64,000 bases of DNA from a bacterium (GCA_049700315.1 JBNAVN010000005.1:4305-68304); one strand, 5' to 3'. Counted from the stretch's first letter, positions 17,500 to 29,528 are shown. Translations and numbers: made by a program. Notes: a model not told the origin generated them from the sequence alone.

Positions 17500-19569
17500 T
17501 TATTGTTTTTCATTGTCTGTTTCTTTTTCACCTTCTATAACAATTTTTGACAAATTGGCAAATTTCAAAAACAACTGATGAATATAATTAACAAGTGAAA
17601 GACGATTTTTCTGTAGTTTTTTGTCATCACACATTACCAGAACTTCATCAAAAAATTTATCAATGTCTTTGCGTAGTCCTAACAAGAGTTTCATTATTTC
17701 CGTATATTTCTTCTCCGGAAACAAAGGTTCCATTCTTTCTTCGGTCTCTTTACCTCTCTGATAAAGATTCTTTTCTGCAGGCTCCCTGAACAGGGAGATA
17801 TCAATTGAATTGTGGTTTTCAATATTTCTCAGAATATTACGCACTCTTTCCTGACCAATAACCAACTGCAAGAATTCCTGTTTGTCTCTGAAAGCTTTTA
17901 ATGCTTCGCACCGGAGTTTTGCATCATAAATATTGAAATCCGTATTATGGGTAACTGCATTGACTTCATCGTATCGGTATCCAGAGTCAACAAGATATCG
18001 GGCAAATCTTTCTTTGAGAAAATCTTTGATCGGATTTTCACTTATATTGCTCTTGTAAAGTTTAATATGATTCTGGATGATGGGTAACAGTGCAATATCA
18101 AAATTCTGGGCATCTGCAATATTGAAGAGGGCATAGGCATTTCTTCTTACGCCAAAAGGATCATATGAACCGCTTGGTTTTTGTCCGGAAATAAATGCAC
18201 CGAGTATGTTATCTATCTTATCAACCATTGAAAGCACTGCACCTTCTCTGGTTTGTGGTTGGCTGTCTCCGCTGAACCCTGGAAGATAGTGTTCTTTTAT
18301 TGCGATTGCTACTCTTTCATCTTCACCTGCTGATTTTGCATAATAATATCCCATTATGCCCTGCAGCGAGGTGAATTCCTTTTCCCTTATCATATTGGAA
18401 AGCAAATCTGCCTTGCACAGCGCAGCTGACCTTTTCAAAATTTCAATATCTATGTCTTTCACGCCTTCAAAATTTTTCATAGATTTGACCAGTCGCATTG
18501 ACTTATCATAGACTGTGCCCAGCCCTTCTAACCAGACCATATCTTTAGTCGCTTCCTGCATTTTTGCAATGCCCATTTTCAAATCGTTCTGATAATAAAA
18601 CAGCGCATCCTGTAACCGGGCTTTCAAAACCCGTGCATACCCAGCGGCCACATTTTCTGCAGCCTTTCTTCTACCATTGAAAACACCGATAAATCTGTTT
18701 GTTCCTTTAACCCAGACAAGATTACCCAGCGACTTTAATGTAGTCTTTAATATCTCTTCGGGGAGTTTCAAAAATTCTGAATCAAATTCTGCACTTGCAA
18801 CATCAGGATATTCTATTGTGGAGTTTATTTCTTCAAGCATATTATCATCATATACAGGTTCACCCTTGAGTTCTCTTGCTGCTTCATTGATACGGTTTTT
18901 TATTATCTTTCTACGTTCATTAGGATCAACCACCACTCCACCATGTCTTAAATGGTTCATATATTCCCTTGGTTTTTCCATGCGAATTGGCTCAAAAGAA
19001 AAATGGAAATTGGGCATACTATATCTTTCTGCCTCAAGCCCGGCATATTTGAATCTCAAGGGTTTTCTATCAAGCAATCCCACAATCCATCTAATTGGTC
19101 TTGGAAATCTTATCTTTTCTTCATTCCAGATCATTGTTTTGGGAAATTCCAGACTGGCAATTATCTTGGGAATTTCATAATAAAGAATGTCTTCGGTGTC
19201 CTTGGCAGGGACCTGTTTTACAGCACTGATATACTCACCTTTCTGGGTTTTGACAGTTTTTACCTCACTCAATTTCAAATTATGGGCATTTAAGAATCCT
19301 TCAAGCATCTTGGTTGGTTTCCCATTTTCATCATAAGCAAATTTCTTTGGCGGACCCTGGACTTCTACTGCCTGAGCTTTTTGTTTACGAGCGACCCCCA
19401 AGACCAATACGCCAATTCTTCGGCTCGTATATATCTTTCTTATGGTTCTATAAAATATCCGTTCTCTTCTAAACAGTGCTTCAACCATTTCAGTCAAATC
19501 GGTTGCAGCCTTCACAAGAAAACCAGGCGGAAACTCTTCAAATCCTATTTCTAACAAAAAATCAATCAT
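17500..19569 (-). CDS. glyS: Glycine--tRNA ligase beta subunit
   Basis: [39 protein letters not shown]. Confidence 0.95.
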   Translation of the reverse strand: MIDFLLEIGFEEFPPGFLVKAATDLTEMVEALFRRERIFYRTIRKIYTSRRIGVLVLGVARKQKAQAVEVQGPPKKFAYDENGKPTKMLEGFLNAHNLKLSEVKTVKTQKGEYISAVKQVPAKDTEDILYYEIPKIIASLEFPKTMIWNEEKIRFPRPIRWIVGLLDRKPLRFKYAGLEAERYSMPNFHFSFEPIRMEKPREYMNHLRHGGVVVDPNERRKIIKNRINEAARELKGEPVYDDNMLEEINSTIEYPDVASAEFDSEFLKLPEEILKTTLKSLGNLVWVKGTNRFIGVFNGRRKAAENVAAGYARVLKARLQDALFYYQNDLKMGIAKMQEATKDMVWLEGLGTVYDKSMRLVKSMKNFEGVKDIDIEILKRSAALCKADLLSNMIREKEFTSLQGIMGYYYAKSAGEDERVAIAIKEHYLPGFSGDSQPQTREGAVLSMVDKIDNILGAFISGQKPSGSYDPFGVRRNAYALFNIADAQNFDIALLPIIQNHIKLYKSNISENPIKDFLKERFARYLVDSGYRYDEVNAVTHNTDFNIYDAKLRCEALKAFRDKQEFLQLVIGQERVRNILRNIENHNSIDISLFREPAEKNLYQRGKETEERMEPLFPEKKYTEIMKLLLGLRKDIDKFFDEVLVMCDDKKLQKNRLSLVNYIHQLFLKFANLSKIVIEGEKETDNEKQ

Positions 19570-20428
19570 TCTTCTCCTGTTTCTTTAAAAACAGTCTTGC
19601 TGCTTCAGATGTGAGTGCCCTGACCCGGGCAATCATTTTTGCCCGTTCAGAAACACTTATTGAACCTCTTGCCTCAATCAGATTAAAAATATGTGAGCAT
19701 TTTACTGAATAATCATATCCAGGATACACAAGTCCCTTGTCAAAAAGACTCTTTGCTTCGCTTTCAAATTCATTGAACAGCAACAGGAGCCTTTTCGGAT
19801 CTGACTCTTCAAAATTGTATCGGGAAAATTCCTTTTCATTTTCTTTATATATATCACCCCAGGTCAGTTTTTCGTTCCATTTAATATCAAATATGGATGA
19901 AACTTCCTGAATATTCATACAGATTCTTTCCAGCCCATAGGTGATTTCAACCGGTATGATATCCAGGTCAACACCACCTGCCTGCTGGAAATATGTGAAT
20001 TGGGTTATTTCAAGACCGTCAAGCCAGACTTCCCAGCCAATTCCCCAGGCACCCAATGTCGGGCTTTCCCAGTCATCCTCAACAAATCTCACTTCGTGTT
20101 CTTTTAATTTAAATCCAAGTGCTTCAAGTGATTCAAGATATATCTGCTGGATATTATCAGGAGTTGGCTTCATAATCACCTGGAATTGATAGTATTGCTG
20201 GACGCGGTTTGGATTTTCCGCATATCTACCATCCCTTGGCCTTCTGCAGATTTCAACATATGCAACATTCCAGGGTTTTTTATCAAGAATTTTCAAAAAT
20301 GTTGCAGGATTAAATGTTCCTGCACCTACTTCAGAATTATAAGGTTCAAAAATAAGACAGCCTTTTTCCTGCCAGTATTTTTTTAGACTGAGTATCAAAT
20401 CTTCAAAGGTAGTTAACTTACGACTCAT
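19562..20428 (-). CDS. glyQ: Glycine--tRNA ligase alpha subunit
   Basis: [48 protein letters not shown]. Confidence 0.97.
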   Translation of the reverse strand: MSRKLTTFEDLILSLKKYWQEKGCLIFEPYNSEVGAGTFNPATFLKILDKKPWNVAYVEICRRPRDGRYAENPNRVQQYYQFQVIMKPTPDNIQQIYLESLEALGFKLKEHEVRFVEDDWESPTLGAWGIGWEVWLDGLEITQFTYFQQAGGVDLDIIPVEITYGLERICMNIQEVSSIFDIKWNEKLTWGDIYKENEKEFSRYNFEESDPKRLLLLFNEFESEAKSLFDKGLVYPGYDYSVKCSHIFNLIEARGSISVSERAKMIARVRALTSEAARLFLKKQEKND

Positions 20429-20970
20429 AGACCCAGGTCATTACTAATGCCTGTCATGCCCTTGAGGCAGAGTTCAATGAATTTTTCAAGTTCCAGTCCG
20501 AGGTTTTTACAGGCAAGAATCTGCTCCCGATTTGCGCCTGCAGCAAACCTTTTTTCCTTAAATCTTCTGAGGACAAAATCTGTATCAAGGGATGAGAGTT
20601 TTTTGTCTGGATGCATCAGTGCGGATGCGACAATCAATCCGGTCAAGGGGTCAGTTGCGAACAACGCCCAATCCAGTCGTGATTTCGGCGTAAAGTGCCC
20701 AGCATGCACTTTAATCGCATAGACAATCTCTGGTGCTATTCCCTGTTTTTCAAGCAATTCGCCCCCGATAATGCCGTGGTGCGCAGGGTCATTGAGTGTT
20801 TCTTCGTAGTCAATATCATGCAATAGTCCAGCCAAACCCCAGGTTTCCTCGTCCTCCCCAAAATGATGGGCAAGTTCTCGCAAACAGGCTTCAGCAGCCA
20901 GGCAGTGCTTTACTAAGTTCTTATTCTTTAGTTTTCCAGATATTAAGTTCAGGGCATCAGTCCTATTCAT
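20425..20970 (-). CDS. HDIG/HD-domain metal-dependent phosphohydrolase
   Basis: [20 protein letters not shown] motifs. Start set at the ATG downstream of the promoter. Confidence 0.88.
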   Translation of the reverse strand: MNRTDALNLISGKLKNKNLVKHCLAAEACLRELAHHFGEDEETWGLAGLLHDIDYEETLNDPAHHGIIGGELLEKQGIAPEIVYAIKVHAGHFTPKSRLDWALFATDPLTGLIVASALMHPDKKLSSLDTDFVLRRFKEKRFAAGANREQILACKNLGLELEKFIELCLKGMTGISNDLGL

Positions 20971-20979
20971 AAGTACAAT

Positions 20980-21007
20980 ATTATCCACATTTTTGAAAAA
21001 AAGTCAA
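20980..21007 (-). promoter_or_regulatory. Promoter of the HD-glyQ-glyS-aspS-recO operon, overlapped by one perfect DnaA box (TTATCCACA, 20981-20989)
   Basis: TTGACT-16-GATAAT, 9 nt before the ATG. Confidence 0.6.
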
Positions 21008-21066
21008 GAGAAAAGATTCATCGGATAACTACTACCCACCAATTACTACCTACTGCTTCTATTTCT

Positions 21067-22503
21067 TCATCTCTCCATCAATACGATATTCTGGGTCTTT
21101 TGCCAGTTTTTTGTTTTGATTTGTACAAAATATACTCCGGCAGGAAGTTTGCATCCAGAATTGTCATCACCCTGCCATTTAACCCTGCCGATATTCAGGT
21201 GCGCATTTTTGAATTGAACAAAATCCTTTACGAGTCTTCCTGAGGCATTATATATCTTCAATTGAAAATCTTCAGGAATAGCAAAAGAAATCGTAAATTC
21301 TGTTCCGGATAAAGTAGGATAAACTCTGAAATTTGTCTTGTTTGTAAGTTGCTGACTTCTTGATTCTTCAACTCCTGTTGATGCCACAAATTTATAATAA
21401 GTGCTTTCAGGTGCGCATATCGGGTCTGTGTGCCATAAGTCAACACCATTTGCTACGCAAAAAGAATCCTCAGCCCATATAAAATAACCAAGTGTGCAAC
21501 TCTGTGCAACTTCAGGAATATGAAAGTAATAAACATTTCCAGCAATACTGTCATGACCAACACCTATAAAGTCTCCACCATTGATCTTATAAAAAAGTGA
21601 GTCAGTGCCGATTCCTGTTGAATCAGTAATAGTTGACTGGACAATAAACGGACCTGCAAAACTCGTATCTTGCCAGATTGTAGTATTGGCAAATTCCGGC
21701 CCATGAACATCCCAGCCTGGTACATAGAGTTCACTTAATTTCAGAAAATTATCTACAATCATAAAATTCTGACTTGCACCGTTTGTGCTCTGTGCAGCAG
21801 CAACTCCATTAGCACCGCCAAATCTGCCAGGTACTACCCACTCATAAATCCAGCGTGTATCCACGGTTCCAAAATTATCTGTAAACTCCATATAATCCCT
21901 TATCACGAGACAGGGCCAGAAATGATTACCGCTGAATGGAACCCTGACTTTGCCTTTCGCTACAACAACTTTTTGATGGGTCTCATTGGCAGTATAGGGT
22001 AGCCAGCCATCAATATAATATGTCCAGGTCCAGGCAGTATTCCAGCCACCGCCATCATAAATAGGATAGAAGTAGCATTTATAATCCGGCTGATAGTTTC
22101 CAATAAATCTGATTCCTCCAGTTTCAAAATCTATGCCCTGAACATACAGGTATATCTGGTTTTCAGAGAGATATGACCATACTGCACTATTATCACCAAG
22201 TGTATCCAGTTCAATGACCTGGGCATTAGGAAATGTGTCCGGGGCAGGGGGGATACCCTGCGATGGATTAAGCAACTTGACACGGGCATATCCACCACCT
22301 GGATATACGGTCAAATCCCACCAGGTGCGCATAGAATCAAATGGAGTCCATTCAAACAGATCAGCGTTCTGTTCGTATCTTGCACTTGTTCCAATGACAA
22401 ATGGAACATCGTTCTGCCGGATCTGGACTTCTGGTATTGCTGCTAAAAGAACCGGCATTAAAATCACGCTTATTAAAAAACATTTTTCACTTCTCGTAAG
22501 CAT
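21067..22503 (-). CDS. Secreted protein with a FlgD-Ig/T9SS-like C-terminal domain
   Basis: Signal peptide; C-term LKIYNASGRLVK..WQGDDNSG.KLPAGVYFV; AAGGAGG RBS; TTGTCA-16-TATAAT promoter at 22526-22553. Confidence 0.8.
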   Translation of the reverse strand: MLTRSEKCFLISVILMPVLLAAIPEVQIRQNDVPFVIGTSARYEQNADLFEWTPFDSMRTWWDLTVYPGGGYARVKLLNPSQGIPPAPDTFPNAQVIELDTLGDNSAVWSYLSENQIYLYVQGIDFETGGIRFIGNYQPDYKCYFYPIYDGGGWNTAWTWTYYIDGWLPYTANETHQKVVVAKGKVRVPFSGNHFWPCLVIRDYMEFTDNFGTVDTRWIYEWVVPGRFGGANGVAAAQSTNGASQNFMIVDNFLKLSELYVPGWDVHGPEFANTTIWQDTSFAGPFIVQSTITDSTGIGTDSLFYKINGGDFIGVGHDSIAGNVYYFHIPEVAQSCTLGYFIWAEDSFCVANGVDLWHTDPICAPESTYYKFVASTGVEESRSQQLTNKTNFRVYPTLSGTEFTISFAIPEDFQLKIYNASGRLVKDFVQFKNAHLNIGRVKWQGDDNSGCKLPAGVYFVQIKTKNWQKTQNIVLMER

Positions 22504-22811
22504 AAAGCCTCCTTAGCTCTACTATATTATAATTAGAAATTGGAATTTGACAATACCGAGAATCAAAGCGCATCTTGAGGAGTAGTGCCCTGCCTTTTTA
22601 CTCAAGACATGTTTTGCCGCCATAATTTTACAAAATTTTTCATATTGTCATCTCAACCTGATTCAATAGAATTTTAACGAAAACCGAAATTGCCCAACAT
22701 AACGCATTTCGTAACCGTATAATGTTAGACCATCAATTAAGGAATACAACGGCTTGTTATTATGTCGTTTGAAATAATTGGTGGTCTCACAGAATCACAG
22801 AAATTGCAGGG

Positions 22812-22839
22812 TTGACTTTTTATTATTTTTGCGTATAAT
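22812..22839 (+). promoter_or_regulatory. Promoter of the rpmH operon (likely leaderless)
   Basis: TTGACT-16-TATAAT, 5 nt before ATG 22845. Confidence 0.8.
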
Positions 22840-22844
22840 TGATT

Positions 22845-22979
22845 ATGAAGAGAACTTATCAACCAAGCAATAGAAAGAGAAAAAAAACCCATGGTTTCAG
22901 GGCAAGAATGAAGACCAAAGACGGAAGAAAGGTTCTAAGCCGGCGAAGAAAAAAAGGCAGGAAACGTTTGGTTGTTTAA
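22845..22979 (+). CDS. rpmH: 50S ribosomal protein L34 (not in the ORF track)
   Basis: Translates to [44 protein letters not shown]. Confidence 0.98.
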   Translation: MKRTYQPSNRKRKKTHGFRARMKTKDGRKVLSRRRKKGRKRLVV

Positions 22980-22987
22980 AGGTAAAA

Positions 22988-23329
22988 TTGCTTGAAAAAA
23001 AAGGTCATTCTGGACTTGATAAAAGAAGGATAATCCGTAATAAAAAGGAGATAATAGATTTATTAGCAAAGGGAACAAGATTTTCTTGCAATGAGTTTGT
23101 TATAATCTACAAACCCGACAGCGAACCTAAGGTTGGTTTTTTTGCCTCCGGGAAGATCAGAAGTGCGGTAAAACGGAACCGGGTAAAAAGAATTTTAAGG
23201 GAGGCATATAGAATGAATAAGGAAATATTTGAAGGGTTGAAGGTGATTTTTTACGCACATAATTTGCTTGATGCGGAAAATGTGCTTAATGGTTTTGCAT
23301 CATTCAGAAAGGAGCGCTCAAATGGCTAA
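22988..23329 (+). CDS. rnpA: Ribonuclease P protein component
   Basis: RNR motif [14 protein letters not shown]; follows rpmH. Confidence 0.92.
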   Translation: MLEKKGHSGLDKRRIIRNKKEIIDLLAKGTRFSCNEFVIIYKPDSEPKVGFFASGKIRSAVKRNRVKRILREAYRMNKEIFEGLKVIFYAHNLLDAENVLNGFASFRKERSNG

Positions 23330-23591
23330 TCTGTTTTTCAGCGTCAAGCAATCAATTCTGCATTTTCTGATTTTTGTAATAAGGGTTTACCAGCATACAT
23401 TTGGACTTGTTCTTCCGAATGCCTGCAGATTCACTCCGACTTGCTCCGAGTATTCAATTGAAGCCCTGAAACGTTTTGGAATCCTCAAAGGTGGATTAAT
23501 GGGTATTAGCCGTATTATGCGGTGTAATCCATTTTCCCCTGGCGGCTATGACCCGGTCTGTGCAAAAAGGATAGGCGACAATGGAAAATGA
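23322..23591 (+). CDS. yidD: Membrane protein insertion efficiency factor
   Basis: [31 protein letters not shown]; AGGAG RBS. Confidence 0.95.
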   Translation: MANLFFSVKQSILHFLIFVIRVYQHTFGLVLPNACRFTPTCSEYSIEALKRFGILKGGLMGISRIMRCNPFSPGGYDPVCAKRIGDNGK

Positions 23592-25077
23592 CCAGAAGCG
23601 TACCCTTGTTGCTTTTTTGCTGATCATTGTAATTCTGTTGATCTGGAGTTTTCTGGCAAAACCACCGGCGAGAAAAGCGGTTGTTGAACAACGAACCGAG
23701 ATAACAGATACTACAAAAGTACAGAAAAATGTTTCGGAAAATGTCCAGGTGTCAGGTGATACAATAATCATTGAACGCGAATATTTTCGCGCTGTTTTTT
23801 CAACAATTGGTGCGGGCGTAAAGAGTTTCTATATCAAAAAATATAATGTTGATATTGTACCGGAATCAGGAATACTTTTTCTGACAAAGATCGCTGATTC
23901 CATTTTTGACTTCAATTATGAATTATACGATGATTCTCTGGTGTTCTTCAGAGAAGTCAAAAACAAAAAACTCGTTAAGGTTTATCGATTTAATGAGAAA
24001 CAGGGATTCACATTAAGCATAAATTACCCTGATGCAGTCAATCAGACTCTGAGTCTGAAATCGGGAATAAGAATTACTGAGAAAAAGAATCAAACCGATG
24101 ACCTCAGGCATTTCAATGCCTATGTGCAAAGTAATAAATTTAACAATATCACTAAAAATATAAAAGACCGATTTGTATATAAAGATAACTGGGAATGGTT
24201 CGCGCTGAGGAATAAGTATTTTGTTTTGATTGTCAATAACTTGAATACACATGGCTATTCTGAATTTTACAAACTCACAAAATGTTCAAACAAAGATGAA
24301 ATAAGCTTAGGCTATCTTGGTTGTGCAATGGGTGGTAATACAGGCCGCTACGGAATGGAGATATTTGCTGATTCTGTTTTGAATATTTCCGCTTTATTCC
24401 TGCCAATTATACATTCAGAACTTGCAAAATATAACAAAGGTTATGAACAGATTGCCAGTGGTGGTATCTGGGGACCAATTGCAAGGATTATCATTTTGGT
24501 CCTGAACATTTTCTATTCGTTGTTTAAGAATTATGGAGTTGCGATTATTGTCTTTGCAATTTTGTTCAAGATAATATTCTTTCCTTTATCTCGCCAAATG
24601 CTGATTTCTCAACAGAAGATGCAGATGGTCCAGCCCGAATTGAAGAAATTGCAAGACAAATATAAGAACGACCCACAGGCATTGAATCGGGAAATGATGC
24701 ATCTTTATAAGACCTACAAGGTCAATCCATTTTCTGGATGTTTGCCACTTTTGATTCAGTTTCCGATATTCATTGCCCTTTATCAGGTGCTTTCCACATC
24801 TTTTGAATTTCGCGGTGCGCCTTTTATTCTCTGGATTACAGATCTGTCAATCAAGGATCCGTATTATGTTTTGCCGATCAGCATGGGTGTATTGATGTTT
24901 GTACAATCTTTAATGACTACTGTTGACCCAAGACAGAGATTAATGGTCATTATGATGCCAGTGGTGATGATTTTTGTGTTTTTGAACTTTCCATCAGGCT
25001 TGCAACTATATTGGTTCACTTATAATATTCTGTCCATTATTGAGCAGTTTGTGATAAAAAAGAAAGTTATTCGTTAG
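23581..25077 (+). CDS. yidC: Membrane protein insertase YidC
   Basis: [46 protein letters not shown]. Confidence 0.95.
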   Translation: MENDQKRTLVAFLLIIVILLIWSFLAKPPARKAVVEQRTEITDTTKVQKNVSENVQVSGDTIIIEREYFRAVFSTIGAGVKSFYIKKYNVDIVPESGILFLTKIADSIFDFNYELYDDSLVFFREVKNKKLVKVYRFNEKQGFTLSINYPDAVNQTLSLKSGIRITEKKNQTDDLRHFNAYVQSNKFNNITKNIKDRFVYKDNWEWFALRNKYFVLIVNNLNTHGYSEFYKLTKCSNKDEISLGYLGCAMGGNTGRYGMEIFADSVLNISALFLPIIHSELAKYNKGYEQIASGGIWGPIARIIILVLNIFYSLFKNYGVAIIVFAILFKIIFFPLSRQMLISQQKMQMVQPELKKLQDKYKNDPQALNREMMHLYKTYKVNPFSGCLPLLIQFPIFIALYQVLSTSFEFRGAPFILWITDLSIKDPYYVLPISMGVLMFVQSLMTTVDPRQRLMVIMMPVVMIFVFLNFPSGLQLYWFTYNILSIIEQFVIKKKVIR

Positions 25078-25141
25078 TTGTTGAATTTTTTGTCCTGCAT
25101 TATGCAGGCATTGGTCTTTAATAAAAAAAGAGGAGGCATAA

Positions 25142-25756
25142 ATGAAAACGATTGAGGCTACAGGAAAAGACCTGAATGAAGCGATCGCTCAGGGAATCAA
25201 GATATTAGGGGTTATCCAGGATGAGATAACCTATGAAATTCTTTCTCAAAGTGAAACAGAAACCAAGGTCAAGATAACAATAAAAGAGCCTCGTCAGTAT
25301 CTGCAAACTCTTACAAATTATGTGTTGACGAGTATGGGGTTCAAGGTTGGCATTACAGTAACCAAAGATGAACAGGGATTTAATATTAGTATCAAAACAA
25401 GGCATGCTGATTCGTTGCTTATCGGTAAAAACGGAGAGAATCTCTGGGCTTTACAGTATATCATTTCAAGACTTGTGAAAAGATTTTATTCTAATATTAA
25501 AATTCTGGTTGATGTTAATGGTTATCGCCAGCACCGTAATAATTTCCTGAGAAAAAAGGCTGAAGCAATTGCGCGCATTGTCTTGCAGACCGGCCGGGAG
25601 ATGGCTCTGGATCCAATGACACCCCGAGAAGAAAGGATAGTAACCAACAAAATAAATGAACTGAAAGGTGTAAAACTATATTCAATCGGTAGAGGCAGTA
25701 ATAGAACTATCATCATTGCACCTACCGTGGAAAATAGTGAAGAGTCAAAAGAGTAG
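25142..25756 (+). CDS. jag: Jag/EloR (KhpB) RNA-binding protein
   Basis: Jag N-term, KH LLIGKNGENLWALQ, R3H-like LDPMTPREER. Confidence 0.88.
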   Translation: MKTIEATGKDLNEAIAQGIKILGVIQDEITYEILSQSETETKVKITIKEPRQYLQTLTNYVLTSMGFKVGITVTKDEQGFNISIKTRHADSLLIGKNGENLWALQYIISRLVKRFYSNIKILVDVNGYRQHRNNFLRKKAEAIARIVLQTGREMALDPMTPREERIVTNKINELKGVKLYSIGRGSNRTIIIAPTVENSEESKE

Positions 25757-25761
25757 AAAAT

Positions 25762-27102
25762 GTGAATGATACGATTGTTGCATGTGCAACACCTGCCGGC
25801 TATTCAAGCATTGCTGTAATCAGGTTCAGCGGTGATGAGGCGATAAATCTTCTAAGAAAGATTTTTGTTTCTTCACAGAATATCTCAGTCTTCTTAGCTG
25901 GTCATGTTTATTATGGCAAAATCGTAAATCCGTCAAATCAAGAAATCATTGATTATGGATTAGCCACTGTGTTCTTTGCACCCAATTCTTACACAGGCGA
26001 AAATGTTGTGGAAATTTCTTGTCATGGAAATCCCATGATCGTTGACCGTATCGTCAAAATTGCGCTGAAACTTGGTGCACGGATTGCCCAGCGTGGCGAA
26101 TTTACAAAGCGGGCTTTTTTGAATAACAGGATTGACCTGATTCAGGCTGAGGCAGTGCTGGATACGGTCTATGCCAATTGTGACACGGTTAGAAAACTTG
26201 CTATCTATCAACTTGAAGGGAAACTTTCAGAATTCATTGAGAGAATAAAAACTGAGATAGTTTCCTTTCTAACCAGAATTGAGGCAAATATTGATTTTCC
26301 CGAGGAAGAGGAAACCGGCTTTGACAGAAATGAATTCAGGAGAGAAATCAGTGAGATACAGAAAAAAATACTAAGTCTATTAGAGTCAGCAGAACAGGGA
26401 ATAAAATTAAAACAGGGTTATAAAGTTGTCATTGCTGGAAGGACGAATGTTGGAAAATCCACGCTCTTTAATAGATTACTTGGCTATGACCGGGCAATTG
26501 TTCATGAAACACCAGGGACCACAAGAGATTATCTTGAAGAACCGGTGGAGATAGAAGGAATTCTGGTCAGATTGATTGATACCGCAGGAATCTTTCTGGA
26601 GGCAGGCGGTCCTGATGATATTGCGAGTAAACGAAGTGAAGAATTGTTGAAGAATGCTGATTTGATACTACAGATTTTTGATGGTGCTGAAGCAATGAAT
26701 GAACAAGACGCTTATCTTTATAATTTAATGAAAGACCTCAATAAAATTTATATCATTAACAAGATTGATTTGAATATTGCGCTGAAGGAAAGTGAGATAT
26801 TAGGTGATGCGATAAAAATTTCCGCAAAAAATGGCGAAAATATTGATATCTTAAAAAGGGCTATTAAAGAACATTTGTTCCCTGAAATGCCCAACGAAAA
26901 TATTCTGATAACAAGAACGCGTCAGATTGAAGCGCTAAAAGCGCTGTACAAATGTCTTTCAAATACCGGGGAATCTCAAACATTGGAGACGGTCGCATTT
27001 GAGTTGCATAATGCACTTGATATCATTGGTGAACTCACAGGAAGGGTATTCCGTGAGGATATCCTCAACAAGATATTTGAAGAATTCTGTGTCGGCAAAT
27101 AA
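25762..27102 (+). CDS. mnmE: tRNA modification GTPase MnmE
   Basis: SYTGENVVEISCHG, GEFTKRAF, GRTNVGKS, PGTTRD, DTAG, FCVGK. Confidence 0.96.
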   Translation: MNDTIVACATPAGYSSIAVIRFSGDEAINLLRKIFVSSQNISVFLAGHVYYGKIVNPSNQEIIDYGLATVFFAPNSYTGENVVEISCHGNPMIVDRIVKIALKLGARIAQRGEFTKRAFLNNRIDLIQAEAVLDTVYANCDTVRKLAIYQLEGKLSEFIERIKTEIVSFLTRIEANIDFPEEEETGFDRNEFRREISEIQKKILSLLESAEQGIKLKQGYKVVIAGRTNVGKSTLFNRLLGYDRAIVHETPGTTRDYLEEPVEIEGILVRLIDTAGIFLEAGGPDDIASKRSEELLKNADLILQIFDGAEAMNEQDAYLYNLMKDLNKIYIINKIDLNIALKESEILGDAIKISAKNGENIDILKRAIKEHLFPEMPNENILITRTRQIEALKALYKCLSNTGESQTLETVAFELHNALDIIGELTGRVFREDILNKIFEEFCVGK

Positions 27103-28569
27103 TCAGTCTTTTATTACAGTCATACCGGGTTCAAACGCCATTTTCCAGAGATTAGTCAAAGTAAGCGTATCAAGTTTTTCAATTGATACAGCGTATATTT
27201 CATATATTTGTTTTTTCGTTCGCAGACTATTGAAAATGTCTTTGTAGTAAATCGGGGCATCAATAAATTCTATTGAATCTTTTTCTATCGCCCTCTCTCT
27301 GATTGACTTGAATTTTTCGCTGAAATCTTCAAATATTGAAGAGTAAATAAGCAAAAGATACTTTTCCTTTCTGAGCAAGTTTTCGTCTTTCTTTATGATT
27401 TCACGAATCTGCAAATTTTTGATGTTTCTCAATGCTGTGGGAATGTTAGATTCAGATTGCAGAATGGTTCCATCAAAATAGAAAACAATGTTCGGCGGAA
27501 CAAGGGCAAATAGATATGTATTATTGTATTTCTTTTTTAGAGATTCAACCCTCTGCGCAATCAATAACGGAAACTTTGAATTATAAATAAGGGTATTATG
27601 ACCAATTAGAATATTGAAGAAAAAAATCAGTGCCAGCAGATAATAGCGAATTTTCTTGAGTTTATACAGGAGTGCAGCTGAAAAAAGTGAAAGGAACGGT
27701 ATCAAAGGATAGGCAAGCCGCAGATACGGATAGTAAAATCCTAGCACAATGAAAAAGATTATTATTATTGCGAGAATGAAATAGTCTGTTTTCTCCTTCA
27801 TACGATAGAAAATTCCAGAAAGAAAAATGAGCGGTGCAAAACGGATTATATAATACAAGAATTTAAGGTGGTTTATACCAAGGAGTTTTCCATGACGTTG
27901 GGTTATATTTGTGATTGATACAATCTTAATGAATATAATAATATAGGGGAGAAGTAGTAAAATTGGAATAATAATAGCGAATATAAACCAGGATTTATTG
28001 AGTTCTTTTCGGCGGGTAGTGCCAATGAATAAGAAAATCAAGAAAAGCACAGGTCCGGTGTATTTTGTATAACAAGCGAAAACAGTGAATAAACAACAAA
28101 AAAGATAATAAACAATTTGATTTGCTTTGATTGATTGATAAAAAAAATAAACTGCTCCAACAAAAAACAAAAGAAAAAATGCATCACTCAGCCCGGACTT
28201 GGAGAAAAAAAAGAAAAATTCTGTGGAGATAAACAATATAACTGCAATAAGCCCGGTGATTTCATTGTACAGACTCTTTCCAAAAGAGAAAAGAAAATAT
28301 ATAGTAACTGCAGAAGAAATGATTGAGATTAGGGGCATTAGCCAGGCGTGTTCACCAAAAATCTTGAATAGCAGTGCAATAATCATCTGATATAGGGGTG
28401 GGGTCTGAAAGTTAAAGGGTTTGCCTTGCGCACCCATTGTTGCCAGGTATTTTGCCTGCAGGACAAAGGCACCTTCATCCCAGTCAATCAATGAAAGATT
28501 TTTGAGGTTCAGTATGTTTGCAATAACAAATATTAGGACAATAATGTGGATTAGATATATTTTCTTCAC
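27103..28569 (-). CDS. ArnT/PMT-like (GT39/GT83) membrane glycosyltransferase
   Basis: DWDEG, PPLY, multiple TM segments, TKYTG motif. Confidence 0.8.
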   Translation of the reverse strand: MKKIYLIHIIVLIFVIANILNLKNLSLIDWDEGAFVLQAKYLATMGAQGKPFNFQTPPLYQMIIALLFKIFGEHAWLMPLISIISSAVTIYFLFSFGKSLYNEITGLIAVILFISTEFFFFFSKSGLSDAFFLLFFVGAVYFFYQSIKANQIVYYLFCCLFTVFACYTKYTGPVLFLIFLFIGTTRRKELNKSWFIFAIIIPILLLLPYIIIFIKIVSITNITQRHGKLLGINHLKFLYYIIRFAPLIFLSGIFYRMKEKTDYFILAIIIIFFIVLGFYYPYLRLAYPLIPFLSLFSAALLYKLKKIRYYLLALIFFFNILIGHNTLIYNSKFPLLIAQRVESLKKKYNNTYLFALVPPNIVFYFDGTILQSESNIPTALRNIKNLQIREIIKKDENLLRKEKYLLLIYSSIFEDFSEKFKSIRERAIEKDSIEFIDAPIYYKDIFNSLRTKKQIYEIYAVSIEKLDTLTLTNLWKMAFEPGMTVIKD

Positions 28570-28645
28570 GATTTTGACTTACTTACAATCATATGTATTG
28601 CAATAGTGAATATGTATTAGCCCAACACCTAATTCAAAGTCTCTT

Positions 28646-28996
28646 TCATTCCTCACGCCAGAACAAAATTCTGCCACAATTTGGGCAGGTCACAATTTCA
28701 TTGCTTTTTGTTAACATTTCAGTTGGCAATTGCTGGAAGCAGCCAAAACAGAATCCATTTTTTACTTCCGCGATCGCGAGCGGATAACGTTTTCTTATCC
28801 GCTCATAGACCTCTGCATACTCTTTTGGGATTTGTTTCAGTAAGCCGCTTCTTTCTCTTTTCAAACTCAATAACCCTACTTCTTCATCAATCCTAAAACC
28901 TATTTTCTTATCTGCTTCTTTGTCCGCAATAAGATTATCCAAATCAAAAAGTCTTTTCAAAAGACGCATAATATCTATTTCTTCATTCATAATCAC
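28646..28996 (-). CDS. Short C4 zinc-ribbon (DUF164-like) protein
   Basis: CFGCFQQLP...CPNCGRIL after a short helical region. Confidence 0.8.
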   Translation of the reverse strand: MIMNEEIDIMRLLKRLFDLDNLIADKEADKKIGFRIDEEVGLLSLKRERSGLLKQIPKEYAEVYERIRKRYPLAIAEVKNGFCFGCFQQLPTEMLTKSNEIVTCPNCGRILFWREE

Positions 28997-29460
28997 CTCT
29001 TCTTGGAGATTGCCTTTTCTATTTCATTTATTAGGGCAATGAATTCATCCGGGGTTGTTGGTTTGTTCATCAGACTGCCTTTGGTCATTTCCTTTGATAT
29101 TTGGACAACCCTTCCTAATGTTATCAAGTATTGATTTCCAGGATCCTGAGGTGGCGCAATAATCAGGAAAAATAATGATACCGGTTTTTTATCAATGGCA
29201 TTGAAATTTATTGGTTTTACTGTTCTACCAACCGCGATTTCTAATTTGCTTACCGCAAGTGAACGGCAATGAGGAATTGCAATACCCTTGCCAATGCCAG
29301 TAGAACCAAGTTCTTCCCTTTTCAAAAGCGTTGAATAGATCAATTCAGCATCAGTTTTGCTTTTTATCATATACACAAGATCTTTCAATACCTCTTCTTT
29401 TTTTGTTGATTTCAATTCCAGATTTATTCTTTCTCTGGACAAAAGACTTGCAAGATTCAT
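28993..29460 (-). CDS. ptsN: PTS EIIA (Ntr/Fru-like) protein
   Basis: REELGSTGIGKGIAIPHCR phospho-His motif. Confidence 0.85.
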   Translation of the reverse strand: MNLASLLSRERINLELKSTKKEEVLKDLVYMIKSKTDAELIYSTLLKREELGSTGIGKGIAIPHCRSLAVSKLEIAVGRTVKPINFNAIDKKPVSLFFLIIAPPQDPGNQYLITLGRVVQISKEMTKGSLMNKPTTPDEFIALINEIEKAISKKR

Positions 29461-29528
29461 TTAACCTCCCTATTGTTAAATGTTAAGATCCAAACACCAA
29501 ATTCCAAACAAAATTGGGAATTTTTTCA

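Noticed and set aside
20981-20989. oriC near the rpmH cluster
   Set aside because: Only one DnaA box; no box cluster, DUE or dnaA gene.
22692-22730. Integron attC-like ends GCCCAAC...GTTAGAC
   Set aside because: Only 39 bp, shorter than known attC sites; poor internal pairing; no cassette array or intI.
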